Shown: positions 46,504 to 56,270, counted from the first letter of the stretch. The stretch is DNA of 56,467 nt from Candidatus Nomurabacteria bacterium (GCA_020632445.1 JACKFN010000006.1:1-56467), one strand, 5' to 3'. The notes: generated by a model not told the origin, from the letters alone. Translations and numbers: made by a program.

Positions 46504-48576
46504 TTACACCTCAATGACCACCGGCAGTACCATTGGACGCTTTTCTGTTTTGGAAAAAATAAACTGTCCAATCTTGTCGCGAATATCGTTTTTGATCTGA
46601 TTGGTATCTGCCCATGAAAGTGGGTCAGAATGCGCAATCATAGATTTGACCTTGTTTCTCACTTCTTGGATAAGCTCACGGTTATCCTTGAGGAATACAA
46701 ACCCACGAGAGATGATGTCTGGATTTTGGATCAGGTCACCGGTCTTGGTATCTACGGTAGCAATGATGACAATCATTCCATCTTCCGCGAGTACCTGTCT
46801 ATCACGCAAAACCACGTGCTGAGAATCTGAAATTCCGAGTCCATCGACAAAAACATACTCACTTGGTGCTTTCTGCTTTTGTATTTGAAACTTTCCACCT
46901 TTAAAGTCAATAACCGTTCCATTGTCAGGTACCACGGTCTTTCGCTCATCAAAACCATTTTTTACGGCAAGACGTTGCGCTTCTTTGAGGAAATAGTGAT
47001 TTGCATAGATAGGAATAAAGTAATCCGGCTGAATCATTTTAATAACCTCCATGATATCCTGACGAGTAGCATGTCCAGAAATATGCACATCCATGACATC
47101 GCCATGGTAGACATTGTCACACTGACGATAAATGTTATCCTTGAGACGCTGAATCGTTCGTTCATTTCCAGGAATAATCGATGAAGAAAATATGACCGTG
47201 TCATTTTTTCGGAATCGAATACTCCTATGATCTCCTTGTACAATACGGTTCAGCACCGCACGCTCTTCTCCCTGACCTCCAGTACAAATCACAACGATTT
47301 CGCTGTCGTGATAGTTATCAATCTTTTTTACGTCAATCAGGACACCTCTCTTTGGTTTGATGTACCCCAATTTTTTGGAAAGTTCCACATTGGTCTTCAT
47401 GCTATAACCATCGAGAGCCACTTTTTTTCCAAGATTTCCAGCAGCATCAATAATCCACCGAACTCGTTCTACCTGCGAAGCAAAGGTCGCAACAACTACA
47501 CGACCGGGTGCATTTTGCAAAAGTGCATAAATATTTTCATACATTTCCTCATATGTTCCATGACGCTTATTGTTGGTAGCGCCAAGACTCTCAAGCATCA
47601 AAATCCTTGGGCTCTTGAGTTTCCGAAGCGGTGTATAGTCAATACCATGCTTCCCATCTTTGTCACGTTCAAGCGTCCAATCACCCGGATGAATAATTGT
47701 TCCCTGAGGTGTCTCAAGGATAACCCCCATGGAATCCATAATTGAATGCTCAACTTGAAAAAACTTCACCGTAATCTGTCCAAATTTCATCACATCACTG
47801 AGCGATTTTACACGAATGACATTGAGTTTTTTGGCAGTATTTGGTTTGTAGTCTTCCTGCTTGTGTTTAATAAGTGCGACGGTAAGGTCACGAGCAACAA
47901 TAGGAGGATTTCCGAGTTTTTCCAGTACGAGTGGAGCCGCACCAATATGGTCAAGATGCCCATGAGTAAATACCACGGCTCTGATGTTTTTTTCTTTTCC
48001 TTCCAAATACTTTGTATTTGGAATAATGTAATCAATCCCAGGCATGTCTTCCTCTGGAAACTGTACACCAACATCAACAATAATGATGTCATCATTGTAC
48101 TCAAAAATTGTCATGTTTCTTCCAACTTCTTCACATCCACCGATTGGAATGATACGCAAAGTATCTTTGGCTGCGGCAGCAACCTTTTGCCTCGGACTCT
48201 TCAGGCTGTTTTTCATGACTGGAACACTACGACTTCTCCCTTTTCCCCTGCTACCGGAAGCGTTATTTGAACGATTGCCTCGTGAAGCGTTTCCTTGATG
48301 TCCGGCATTTGATCGCTGCTGAAAATTTGACCTCTTACCGGCACTCTGTCCACCCCGTGAGTCTCTTCTTGTTTGAGAGCTTGGTCTTGATGAAGAAGTT
48401 TTTGCTTGTGGCATTGCACCACTGCTCGCCGTTTGGCGAGCTTGCGCAGAACTTGTGCGCGTAGAGGCCTTACGTGAAGCATATCCACCCCGAGATGGCC
48501 TCTGAGTTGAACGCTGCTCTGAAGAACTTGACTGCCTTCGCTGTGCGCTCCGCTTTCCTGAATTTTTTCGAATCAT
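46504..48576 (-). CDS. rnj: ribonuclease J (metallo-beta-lactamase/beta-CASP) with ~135-aa Arg/Ser-rich N-terminal extension
   Basis: HGHLDHIG motif and a beta-CASP core colinear with RNase J. The N-terminus is low-complexity S/R/Q/G-rich. Confidence 0.9.
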   Translation of the reverse strand: MIRKNSGKRSAQRRQSSSSEQRSTQRPSRGGYASRKASTRTSSAQARQTASSGAMPQAKTSSSRPSSQTRRDSRGGQSAGKRSNFQQRSNAGHQGNASRGNRSNNASGSRGKGRSRSVPVMKNSLKSPRQKVAAAAKDTLRIIPIGGCEEVGRNMTIFEYNDDIIIVDVGVQFPEEDMPGIDYIIPNTKYLEGKEKNIRAVVFTHGHLDHIGAAPLVLEKLGNPPIVARDLTVALIKHKQEDYKPNTAKKLNVIRVKSLSDVMKFGQITVKFFQVEHSIMDSMGVILETPQGTIIHPGDWTLERDKDGKHGIDYTPLRKLKSPRILMLESLGATNNKRHGTYEEMYENIYALLQNAPGRVVVATFASQVERVRWIIDAAGNLGKKVALDGYSMKTNVELSKKLGYIKPKRGVLIDVKKIDNYHDSEIVVICTGGQGEERAVLNRIVQGDHRSIRFRKNDTVIFSSSIIPGNERTIQRLKDNIYRQCDNVYHGDVMDVHISGHATRQDIMEVIKMIQPDYFIPIYANHYFLKEAQRLAVKNGFDERKTVVPDNGTVIDFKGGKFQIQKQKAPSEYVFVDGLGISDSQHVVLRDRQVLAEDGMIVIIATVDTKTGDLIQNPDIISRGFVFLKDNRELIQEVRNKVKSMIAHSDPLSWADTNQIKNDIRDKIGQFIFSKTEKRPMVLPVVIEV

Positions 48577-48618
48577 AAAAAAAGAAATTTGTTATCAATA
48601 TTAGAGTATTTGTGGAAA

Positions 48619-50538
48619 CTATTTTGAGGAATTCCACTGTCCCTTTGTCTTGATGTACCAAGACGTTACACCAGAAAATCTGTCTGATGGAGTAAAAATT
48701 CTTTGCGTTTGAAATCCTTGTACTTTGTCAAGCATAGCATACGTGTATGTTGGCATGTACAAGAATATTGCTGGAATTTCATCCAAAATGGTTTGCTCAA
48801 TTTGCTTGTATGCTTCTTCGAGTTCTGCTGGATCACTTACTTCTCGAGTTGACTCAATAAGCGTGTCTACTTCTGCTTTTTCAAACCCCGAAAGATTCAA
48901 ACCAGGAGAAGCTTTCTGACTTGAATGCCAAAAAGGATACAAATCAGGGTTACTTCCCATGATAATTCTATACAGCAAAACGTCATAGTTACGTCCCTTG
49001 AGTACCTCACGAATCATACTGCGTGGTGGTACATATTCAAGGGTGACACCAACTCCTACACTTTCCCAAAATCCAGCGATAAGCTGCGCTGCCTGCCTAT
49101 ACTCATTCGTGTCGGCAGTAACAAGTTTAATACTCAAATACTCTCCGTCCTCGCTTTTTCGGTAAAACGTTTGCGATCGCTGCAATTCACTTTCAAGCGC
49201 TGCTTCAATTTCCTTTTCTTGCTCTGCAAGAATTTCTTCTGTACTGGTTACACTATCATCAAGGGTATCTTCAAAAGCCTCAAGTCGCTCTTTCTTGAGA
49301 GCATCTCTATACTCCTGCGCCGAAACGCGCTCCCAATCAGCATCCAACAGCTCATTAGCGCCTTCGATGCTGTATTCAATCTTTTGAATATCCATGTTAA
49401 ACCCAGGAAATCCCGGCAAAATAGGTCCATGAATAATTTCTCCATCCTGTCCTATCGCACCACGCATAACGCGACGCTTATCAAGCGCCATAGCAAGCGC
49501 CTTACGAACATCGGCATCTTCAAGGGCTTCATTGCTCTGACGATTGAAAAAAGCTGCCGTGTATTGTGGAAGCTGCAATGTATGCAAGACAATATGCTTT
49601 CGCTCGACTTTATCTTTTAAATCATTTGGCACGAAATGCAAACCTTCAACCTTTTGCTCACGAAGTGCCTGTATGGCGCCACCGAGCCCATCGTATTCAC
49701 TAAAAAATCTTAGCGCAAACTCTTCTATGTATGGAGGCTGTCCATAGAAATTTTCATTACGTACAAGCTCATAATCGGTGAGATATCCCTCTTCGCTTTT
49801 CTTCAGTTTTGAAAAACGAAATGGACCAGTTCCTATAGGACGCAGATTGCTTTGTGAAAGTCGAATATTTTCTGGCGGAATCGCTCCCCAAACATGTTCA
49901 GGAAGTATCCCGACCGTTAAACTTGAGAGGAAAGGAGAAAAAGGTTCTGCCAAAGTGAACACAACAGTGTAGTCATCAATTTGACTTACCTGAACTCCCT
50001 GAAAACTTACGAGCAGTGGACTGTTTACCTGTGGTGAAACAAGCATATCAAAGGTAAACAAAACGTCACTGGCGGTAAACGGCTGCCCATCGTGCCAGGT
50101 GATTCCCTCTTTGAGTTTAAAGGTATAGGTTTTTTGATCTTCACTGAGCGTATAGCTCTGTGCGAGATCACCAATGAGATTTTGATTCTCATCGTAGCGA
50201 AGCAATCCAGAATATATCAAATTCACAAGATCTGCATCAACATCATTGAGTGTCGCAAATAATGGATTGATAAGTTGTGGACTACCAACTACGGCTTCTG
50301 TATAGGATCCTCCAACAGCAGGGATCTGTACACGATTTGTTCCTATTACCACGACACCAAGCCACACCACTCCCACTGTCAAAAAAATCACTGCGGTCTT
50401 AAAAAGCTTTTTCTCTGGAAAAGTGAGTAGTCTGCTGAGGTGTTTGAACTGACGCAAGGATGGAAATCTTCGTTTGTGAAGTTTCCTCAGAAGTTTCGTA
50501 TTGTACGAATGACTATGTAACACTTGCTTCTTTTTCAT
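48619..50538 (-). CDS. family-5 (peptide/nickel, OppA-like) ABC substrate-binding protein, TM-anchored
   Basis: The long SBP_bac_5-like body includes GITWHDGQPFTASDV. I chose ATG 50538. The TTG at 50622 overlaps a hairpin/T-run after secG. Confidence 0.7.
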   Translation of the reverse strand: MKKKQVLHSHSYNTKLLRKLHKRRFPSLRQFKHLSRLLTFPEKKLFKTAVIFLTVGVVWLGVVVIGTNRVQIPAVGGSYTEAVVGSPQLINPLFATLNDVDADLVNLIYSGLLRYDENQNLIGDLAQSYTLSEDQKTYTFKLKEGITWHDGQPFTASDVLFTFDMLVSPQVNSPLLVSFQGVQVSQIDDYTVVFTLAEPFSPFLSSLTVGILPEHVWGAIPPENIRLSQSNLRPIGTGPFRFSKLKKSEEGYLTDYELVRNENFYGQPPYIEEFALRFFSEYDGLGGAIQALREQKVEGLHFVPNDLKDKVERKHIVLHTLQLPQYTAAFFNRQSNEALEDADVRKALAMALDKRRVMRGAIGQDGEIIHGPILPGFPGFNMDIQKIEYSIEGANELLDADWERVSAQEYRDALKKERLEAFEDTLDDSVTSTEEILAEQEKEIEAALESELQRSQTFYRKSEDGEYLSIKLVTADTNEYRQAAQLIAGFWESVGVGVTLEYVPPRSMIREVLKGRNYDVLLYRIIMGSNPDLYPFWHSSQKASPGLNLSGFEKAEVDTLIESTREVSDPAELEEAYKQIEQTILDEIPAIFLYMPTYTYAMLDKVQGFQTQRIFTPSDRFSGVTSWYIKTKGQWNSSK

Positions 50539-50638
50539 TCGCACAAACTTGCGCCCGAAGAATTTCAACACCCTTGTAAAAAGGAGTCTCGGTTTGGACA
50601 CAGAAATGGTTGTTATGCTCAAAAAATCTCAAAGAGAT

Positions 50639-50857
50639 TTAGATGACGAGCATGGCAACTCCAAGTGCAAAGAAAATGAGTGCAAGCACTATGGTTGCCC
50701 TATGTAAGAAGAGGTCAACACCACGTTTGGTAAGGGTTACTCCACCGCCTGTTCCACCAAATCCAGCTCCAAGCCCATCACCTTTTTGCTGAAGCAAAAT
50801 AGTGAGCATCATAACGATTCCAACGATAACTTGTGCAATAGTAAGTACTTTTTCCAT
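50639..50857 (-). CDS. secG: preprotein translocase subunit SecG
   Basis: 72 aa with two TM segments and LLQQKGDGLGAGFGG in the Gly-rich loop. Confidence 0.85.
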   Translation of the reverse strand: MEKVLTIAQVIVGIVMMLTILLQQKGDGLGAGFGGTGGGVTLTKRGVDLFLHRATIVLALIFFALGVAMLVI

Positions 50858-50865
50858 ATGTTTGT

Positions 50866-50894
50866 ATTATAGCAAACCTCTTTTAGGCTGCCAA
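50866..50894 (-). promoter_or_regulatory. secG promoter placing the TSS at/near the ATG (leaderless)
   Basis: Minus strand reads TTGGCA (50894-50889), 17 nt, TATAAT (50871-50866), then only 8 nt (acaaacat) before ATG 50857. Confidence 0.6.
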
Positions 50895-51006
50895 GATCCA
50901 ATTTTGTCCTGATTTCTCCGGGTTCCATTTATGAGTACAAGATGTATTCAATGGCGATAGTGTACAAAAATACGGCTTTTTTGTCAATACTCAAACATCT
51001 CAACCC

Positions 51007-51035
51007 TTGACAAATGTGCTAAAATATGCTAATAT
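51007..51035 (+). promoter_or_regulatory. consensus promoter upstream of GC-rich ORF
   Basis: TTGACA (51007-51012), 17 nt, TAATAT (51030-51035). Confidence 0.6.
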
Positions 51036-51076
51036 ACCTTGTTCCCACATATGTGCCCAAGGGGCAGGAGGTTGTG

Positions 51077-51697
51077 ATGGGATGGCACAAGAACCCCGCT
51101 TTGTGGGGTGTCGCACTGGGTCTTCTGGCCGTTCAGGTCCTGCTGGCCGCTCTGGGCTGGTGGAAGGCCCTGTGGTGCCTGGACACCAGCCTGATCGTCG
51201 GAGTCACTGTCTGGAACTTCCGTGAGTTCTTCCGGAAGTTCGCGTTCAACGACCAGTTCGATGGACAGCTCCCACTCGTCATCCAGTCCATTCCTGGGCT
51301 GCCGCGACGCCAGGTGCGCATGCGCTCGGTCGTGATCCGACGCGTGAACGGCACCGGTCCCTTCGCCATCAAGCTGGGGATGCGCCTGATGGACGGCCTG
51401 GACTGGTACGGCGCGGTCAACAGCGGAGACAAGAGTGGCGGCCACACCAACACGCTGGTGTTCGAAACCTTCGTTGGCAGTCGAAACTGGGGCATGGTCG
51501 TCATGTACCGGAGCCGGCCCAACACGGCCAGCATACAGGTCGAAGGGCTTGGCGAAGTGACGATGCGTAACGGGGTTTCCATCCTCGACCCTCGTGACTT
51601 CACCATCGAGGTGACCGACCAGCCTCCCTTCGCCCCTACCCAGACTTTCGCTCCCCACCTCATTCAACGCATCCTGGCCCGACTCGGCTGGATGTAG
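51077..51697 (+). CDS. GC-rich membrane-anchored protein of unknown function, likely acquired
   Basis: AGGAGG (51066-51071) lies 5 nt before ATG 51077. The track's 51026 start would sit inside the promoter. The N-terminus is hydrophobic (ALWGVALGLLAVQVLLAALGWW) and is followed by a soluble domain of about 150 aa. Hand-counted G+C is 44/60 for 51301-51360. Confidence 0.7.
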   Translation: MGWHKNPALWGVALGLLAVQVLLAALGWWKALWCLDTSLIVGVTVWNFREFFRKFAFNDQFDGQLPLVIQSIPGLPRRQVRMRSVVIRRVNGTGPFAIKLGMRLMDGLDWYGAVNSGDKSGGHTNTLVFETFVGSRNWGMVVMYRSRPNTASIQVEGLGEVTMRNGVSILDPRDFTIEVTDQPPFAPTQTFAPHLIQRILARLGWM

Positions 51698-51702
51698 AAG
51701 CC

Positions 51703-51722
51703 GGCGCGCCCCACCGCGCGCC
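51703..51722. other. 7-bp all-GC hairpin just after the stop of the GC-rich ORF
   Basis: ggcgcgc (51703-51709), loop cccacc, gcgcgcc (51716-51722). No T-run follows. Confidence 0.7.
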
Positions 51723-51765
51723 ACCCTCAACACACAAACGTTTGAGCATAAAAATATCTAAACAC

Positions 51766-51787
51766 AGCGCCAATAGGCGTTTTTTTG
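51766..51787 (+). terminator. intrinsic terminator
   Basis: agcgcc-aata-ggcgt followed by ttttttt, located in AT-rich DNA. Confidence 0.55.
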
Positions 51788-51827
51788 TTTGTATATTTAT
51801 ACGCTGAGATATTTGCATGATATCCCC

Positions 51828-51856
51828 TTGACAGCCTGAACATTGTATTGTATAAT
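51828..51856 (+). promoter_or_regulatory. rpmE promoter
   Basis: TTGACA (51828-51833), 17 nt, TATAAT (51851-51856). Confidence 0.7.
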
Positions 51857-51885
51857 CTGCGCACTTGAAATTAGGACTTTTTTTT

Positions 51886-52209
51886 ATGAAAACTGACATC
51901 CATCCAGAAGTCAATCCAGTCGTCTTTGTAGACACTTCTTGCGGAGTGGAGTTTGTGACTACCTCAACCATGAAATCAGAGGAGACACGCGATATCGATG
52001 GGGTAACACACTATGTGATCAACCTCGAAATCTCATCAGCTTCGCACCCATTCTTTACCGGAAAGCAGGTCTTTGTCGACACTGCACGCCGTGTGGAAAA
52101 GTTCCAAGAAAAGATGAAGAAAGTAGAAGCCAAGCAAGGTTCTGCTACCAACAAGAAGGCAAAACGTGCTGCCAAGGCTGCAAAAAAGGAAGACAAGGCA
52201 GCTGCATAG
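51886..52209 (+). CDS. rpmE: 50S ribosomal protein L31 (non-Zn type, Lys/Ala-rich C-terminal tail)
   Basis: MKTDIHPE...SHPFFTGKQ. It has only one Cys, with SSASHPFF in place of CxxCHPFF. The tail is KKAKRAAKAAKKEDKAAA. Confidence 0.9.
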   Translation: MKTDIHPEVNPVVFVDTSCGVEFVTTSTMKSEETRDIDGVTHYVINLEISSASHPFFTGKQVFVDTARRVEKFQEKMKKVEAKQGSATNKKAKRAAKAAKKEDKAAA

Positions 52210-52222
52210 CTCCTGACATATC

Positions 52223-52250
52223 AAAACAGGCCACTTCTGGTCTGTTTTTG
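52223..52250 (+). terminator. intrinsic terminator after rpmE
   Basis: acaggcca-cttc-tggtctgt (8 bp, one G:U pair) followed by ttttt. Confidence 0.7.
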
Positions 52251-52360
52251 TTTCTGTGTCCCCTAACAATATGATCATTTGACAATTTAGCCATGGTTAA
52301 TTGAAAAATTGTTAAATGGCTGCAATATGGTAAAATACTTTAAAACAAAGCCTCCCATAT

Positions 52361-53425
52361 ATGATTGAAAAGTATCAAAATATTCAAAAACGATACCAGC
52401 AACTGGAACAGCAGCTTTCTGACCCTGCGGTTATTGGTGATGCCAAAAAACTCAAAGAAGTATCCCAAGAATACAACGATCTCAAAGAGGCCTATGAAAA
52501 AATTCATGAATTTGAAAATATCGAAAATCAAATACATGACACCAAAAAAATGATTGACCTCGAAGAAGATGAAGAAATGAAATCAATGGCAGTCGTTGAG
52601 CTTGAGGAACTTGAAAACAAGTACGCTATTATGGAAGAGCAGCTCAAGCTTTTAACGAGACCCACAGATCCAATGGACAAAAAGAATGTCATTGTAGAAA
52701 TCCGTGCCGGCGCTGGTGGTGACGAAGCTGGAATTTTTGCAGCAGACCTGATGCGTATGTATTCTCGATATGCAGAAAACAAAAAATGGAAAACGTCTCT
52801 GATATCCGAAAGTCCAAACGATGCCGGTGGATACAAAGAGGTCGTTTTTTCTCTTTCAGGAGACAGTGTCTACAAATTCATGAAGTATGAAATGGGGGTT
52901 CACCGCGTCCAGCGTGTGCCAGAAACCGAAAAACAGGGTCGCATTCACACCTCTACGGCTTCTGTTGCGGTTCTACCGGAAATTGAAGAAGAAGAAATCG
53001 AAATTCACCAAAATGACCTGCGTATTGATACCTTCTGCGCCAGTGGAAATGGCGGGCAAAGCGTCAACACCACCCATTCGGCGGTTAGAATTACGCATAT
53101 TCCGACGGGAACCGTCGTGCAGTGCCAAGATGAAAAATCACAACAACAAAACAAAATCAAGGCGATGAGTGTACTTCGTGCGCGCATCTACGAAAAAATC
53201 GAAGCCGAGAAAAAAGCGCAGCTCGATGAAAAACGTAAAAGCCAAATTGGAAGTGGAGACCGCTCAGAAAAAATCCGTACCTACAACTATCCACAAGACC
53301 GAATCACCGATCACCGCATTTCACAAAGTTGGAACAATATTCCGACGATTCTTGATGGTGATCTTGATGATATCATCTCAGCGCTTATGCACGCTGATTA
53401 CGAAAAACTCGATGCAGCAGAGTAA
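52361..53425 (+). CDS. prfA: peptide chain release factor 1
   Basis: PxT tripeptide ([14 protein letters not shown]) and GGQ (GNGGQSVNT). Confidence 0.95.
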   Translation: MIEKYQNIQKRYQQLEQQLSDPAVIGDAKKLKEVSQEYNDLKEAYEKIHEFENIENQIHDTKKMIDLEEDEEMKSMAVVELEELENKYAIMEEQLKLLTRPTDPMDKKNVIVEIRAGAGGDEAGIFAADLMRMYSRYAENKKWKTSLISESPNDAGGYKEVVFSLSGDSVYKFMKYEMGVHRVQRVPETEKQGRIHTSTASVAVLPEIEEEEIEIHQNDLRIDTFCASGNGGQSVNTTHSAVRITHIPTGTVVQCQDEKSQQQNKIKAMSVLRARIYEKIEAEKKAQLDEKRKSQIGSGDRSEKIRTYNYPQDRITDHRISQSWNNIPTILDGDLDDIISALMHADYEKLDAAE

Positions 53426-53475
53426 AAATACTGTCTCTGCCTCAATCTTGGATATTTGCAAAGAAAGATACCCTT

Positions 53476-54963
53476 TTGATCACTCTCATAGTTAGTTCCA
53501 TGTTCATACTCATCAACCTCATTGCAGGCGCCGCTATGCGCCTCTATTACCTTACGATGCGCGGAACCTTTTGGTTCGATGAAGTTTTTACGGTTCACTA
53601 TAGCGGTCTTCCTTGGCATGAGGCCATCAAATACTGGACCCTTGAAACCAATCCCCCACTGCACACACTGTTTATGCGATACTGGATTGGTATTTTTTCT
53701 GATGGAGAATTTGTTACACGGCTCTCTTCGGTAATCTTTGCCGTCGCCTCTATTTGGATGCTCTACTATTTTGGAAAAACCTTTTTTAACAAGTATACCG
53801 GTAACCTTGCTTCATTTTTTCTCTCTTTTTCGGGTCTCCACATTTTTTTGAGTACCGAAGCGCGCGCTTACAGCCTCAACATACTCCTCTGCTTGATTTC
53901 TTTTTTCCTTTTTTTCAAAATTTTCTACAGCAAAAAACAAGGTAAAAAAATCTTTTTGGGATATTTCCTCATTCAGCTGGCCATGCTCTATACGCATCTG
54001 ACACTTGCCGTTATCCCTATTGTACAACTGCTCTGTTTGTTTATCCTACAAAATGACAAAAAAGAAGTGAGAAAATTTGTCAGTTTACACATTATTGCCG
54101 GACTCCTGTTTGCCATTTGGTTTATTCCATCAATCCTTTCCAAAAGTAATGTTGGTACGTTTAATGGTTGGTTTTTTACCGAAGACGCTACGTATGCCAA
54201 TGTGTATTCAACCCTCATGGCTTTTTTTGCCATTTCAAAAGTTGATAGCCTGACTATTTCCTTTTTTGTTATCCTCCTCACCGGCCTTATCTGCGCCCTC
54301 GTGGTATATATCAAAGAGAACCTTGACAAAAAGGCCACTCCACTACTGATGTGTTTGGCTGTGTGGGCATTTATACCACCGGTCTTGAGTAATGTCTTTG
54401 GGATTTATATTCCCAAATATTCTTTCTTTAGCGCTCCGGCACTTTTCCTCATATTTGGTTTTCTTTTATCCGAAAGCAAAAGCGCCCTACTACAGAAAAT
54501 TATTCCCTTTTTGACCTTTTCGGTCATGCTCGTACCGATATCTTCTGTAATGACCACACCCGTGTACGATGCCTACAGCCACACGAAATTTATTGAGGAG
54601 CATGAAACAGAAAATTCTGTAGTTGTTGTTGTGCCATTCAATGAAGAAATTCTTCTCAAACGCTACTACAACGGAAATACTCCCATTGTTGGGTTTTATC
54701 CTCGTGAAGATGAACTGCCACTGGAGGAAAGAATTGTCCGATACAACTGGCAAGAACTGCAAGTAGCACCAGAAGTGGTAGACAAAAAAATGCGCGCTCT
54801 AACCGATGGCAAAGACAAGGTGTTTTTTAGTAAATACATACTCGAGTCAGAGCCTATAGAAGACTGGCTCAAGAAAAATGGATGGAAGTACCAAAGCACC
54901 ACCATAGCCGGGAACTACGTTCAAATATTTTTGCTTGAATATGATGCGCCAGCAGATTGGTAA
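53476..54963 (+). CDS. GT39/ArnT-like (PMT_2) GT-C glycosyltransferase
   Basis: Polytopic protein with RLYYLTMRGTFWFDEVFTVHYS in the first-loop DE motif. TTG start at 53476; alternative ATG at 53500. Confidence 0.7.
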   Translation: MITLIVSSMFILINLIAGAAMRLYYLTMRGTFWFDEVFTVHYSGLPWHEAIKYWTLETNPPLHTLFMRYWIGIFSDGEFVTRLSSVIFAVASIWMLYYFGKTFFNKYTGNLASFFLSFSGLHIFLSTEARAYSLNILLCLISFFLFFKIFYSKKQGKKIFLGYFLIQLAMLYTHLTLAVIPIVQLLCLFILQNDKKEVRKFVSLHIIAGLLFAIWFIPSILSKSNVGTFNGWFFTEDATYANVYSTLMAFFAISKVDSLTISFFVILLTGLICALVVYIKENLDKKATPLLMCLAVWAFIPPVLSNVFGIYIPKYSFFSAPALFLIFGFLLSESKSALLQKIIPFLTFSVMLVPISSVMTTPVYDAYSHTKFIEEHETENSVVVVVPFNEEILLKRYYNGNTPIVGFYPREDELPLEERIVRYNWQELQVAPEVVDKKMRALTDGKDKVFFSKYILESEPIEDWLKKNGWKYQSTTIAGNYVQIFLLEYDAPADW

Positions 54964-55795
54964 GGCGCTTTCACGCGCGCAAAAACAGATAGAGAGGCTG
55001 GACGCGCAATTACTCCTCGCGCATGTTTTGGATGTCACACGCGAGCATCTCTTGGCGCACGATGAAAGACGACTCTCCTTGTTGCAATCCTTGCGCTTTT
55101 CACGTTTGGTTCAAAAAAGAAAGCAACACACGCCTCTTGCCTACCTCGTGGGACAGAAAGCATTTTATGGTCTTGACTTTTTTGTAAACAAAAATGTCCT
55201 GGTACCAAGACCGGAAACAGAGGACTTGGTAGAATATGTGCTTCAAAAAATTGAAAACTTAAAAGGGGAAAAGATGCTCCTTGTTGATATAGGTACCGGA
55301 AGCGGATGTATCCCCATATCAATTGTAAAAACACACAAACACTCAAACATACAAACGCTTGCCATTGATGTCTCTAAAACAGCCCTCAAGATCGCAAAAA
55401 AGAATGCGCAAAAGCATGGTGTCAACATTCAATTTTTGAAAGGAAACCTTCTAAAACCAATTTTAAAGCAATCTGACCATTTATCAATCTCACCGTTTGA
55501 CCATGTTTTTGTAACGGCCAATCTCCCCTACGTCCCAGCGGCTGACTACAAACAACAACCTTCTATACAAAAAGAACCACCACTCGCCCTTCTTGCCGGC
55601 AGTGATGGAATGGATCTCTATCGAGAATTTATTCCACAACTCTTAAAGCTCAAAGATTTAACGAGCGCAAGCGTTTCCTGCATCATGGAGATGGATCCAT
55701 CGCAGATTGTCCCCCTATCAGCTTTGTTTAAAAACAAGCCAGAGGTTATCAAAGATTTATCTGGTCGAGAAAGATTTTTGTTTGTCACCTTATAA
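54941..55795 (+). CDS. prmC: release-factor glutamine N5-methyltransferase
   Basis: VDIGTGSGCI SAM motif and NLPY (an NPPY variant). ATG 54941 overlaps the end of the GT39 gene. Confidence 0.88.
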   Translation: MMRQQIGKALSRAQKQIERLDAQLLLAHVLDVTREHLLAHDERRLSLLQSLRFSRLVQKRKQHTPLAYLVGQKAFYGLDFFVNKNVLVPRPETEDLVEYVLQKIENLKGEKMLLVDIGTGSGCIPISIVKTHKHSNIQTLAIDVSKTALKIAKKNAQKHGVNIQFLKGNLLKPILKQSDHLSISPFDHVFVTANLPYVPAADYKQQPSIQKEPPLALLAGSDGMDLYREFIPQLLKLKDLTSASVSCIMEMDPSQIVPLSALFKNKPEVIKDLSGRERFLFVTL

Positions 55796-55796
55796 T

Positions 55797-56267
55797 ATGC
55801 CGACATTTTATAACTCCCATTTTGAGCCAATCGAAAAACCAGAAGACGAGCCTATTCATATGCGTGCTGGCGGCTATGTCTGTGTGACAAAAGATGATAC
55901 CATTTTGCTCGTAAACCCAACATGGTCACATTTTTGGGAATTCCCTGGCGGAGGTGTTGATCCTGGAGAACATATCCAAGATGCCGCTATCCGTGAGTGC
56001 ATGGAAGAAACCGGCTACAGCATACAGATCTCTTCAGAAACTCCCTTTGCGGTAACAGAAAGCTTCTACGTTTCTCCATCCAATGGAAAATTCTACCAGA
56101 ATATTGGAGTTTTTTTTCATGCGAAGTTAACATCAGAAACACCTGATGCAGAAAAAGTCTTTCGGGACGAAATTCGTCAGATTCGTTGGGTGCCAAAAAA
56201 TGAGATTACTGAAGAAATATTTCATCCTACACATTGGAAAGCCATACATCACATTTTGGATCAATAA
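55797..56267 (+). CDS. NUDIX hydrolase
   Basis: Nudix box GGGVDPGEHIQDAAIRECMEETG. ATG 55797 lies 1 nt after the prmC stop. Confidence 0.85.
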   Translation: MPTFYNSHFEPIEKPEDEPIHMRAGGYVCVTKDDTILLVNPTWSHFWEFPGGGVDPGEHIQDAAIRECMEETGYSIQISSETPFAVTESFYVSPSNGKFYQNIGVFFHAKLTSETPDAEKVFRDEIRQIRWVPKNEITEEIFHPTHWKAIHHILDQ

Positions 56268-56270
56268 AGA

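Noticed and set aside
51029-51733. Long antisense ORFs across island 2: 51029-51733(-) and 51133-51663(-).
   Set aside because: This is the same GC-composition artefact. There are no start-site signals, and the plus-strand frame has a promoter, AGGAGG and a TM anchor.
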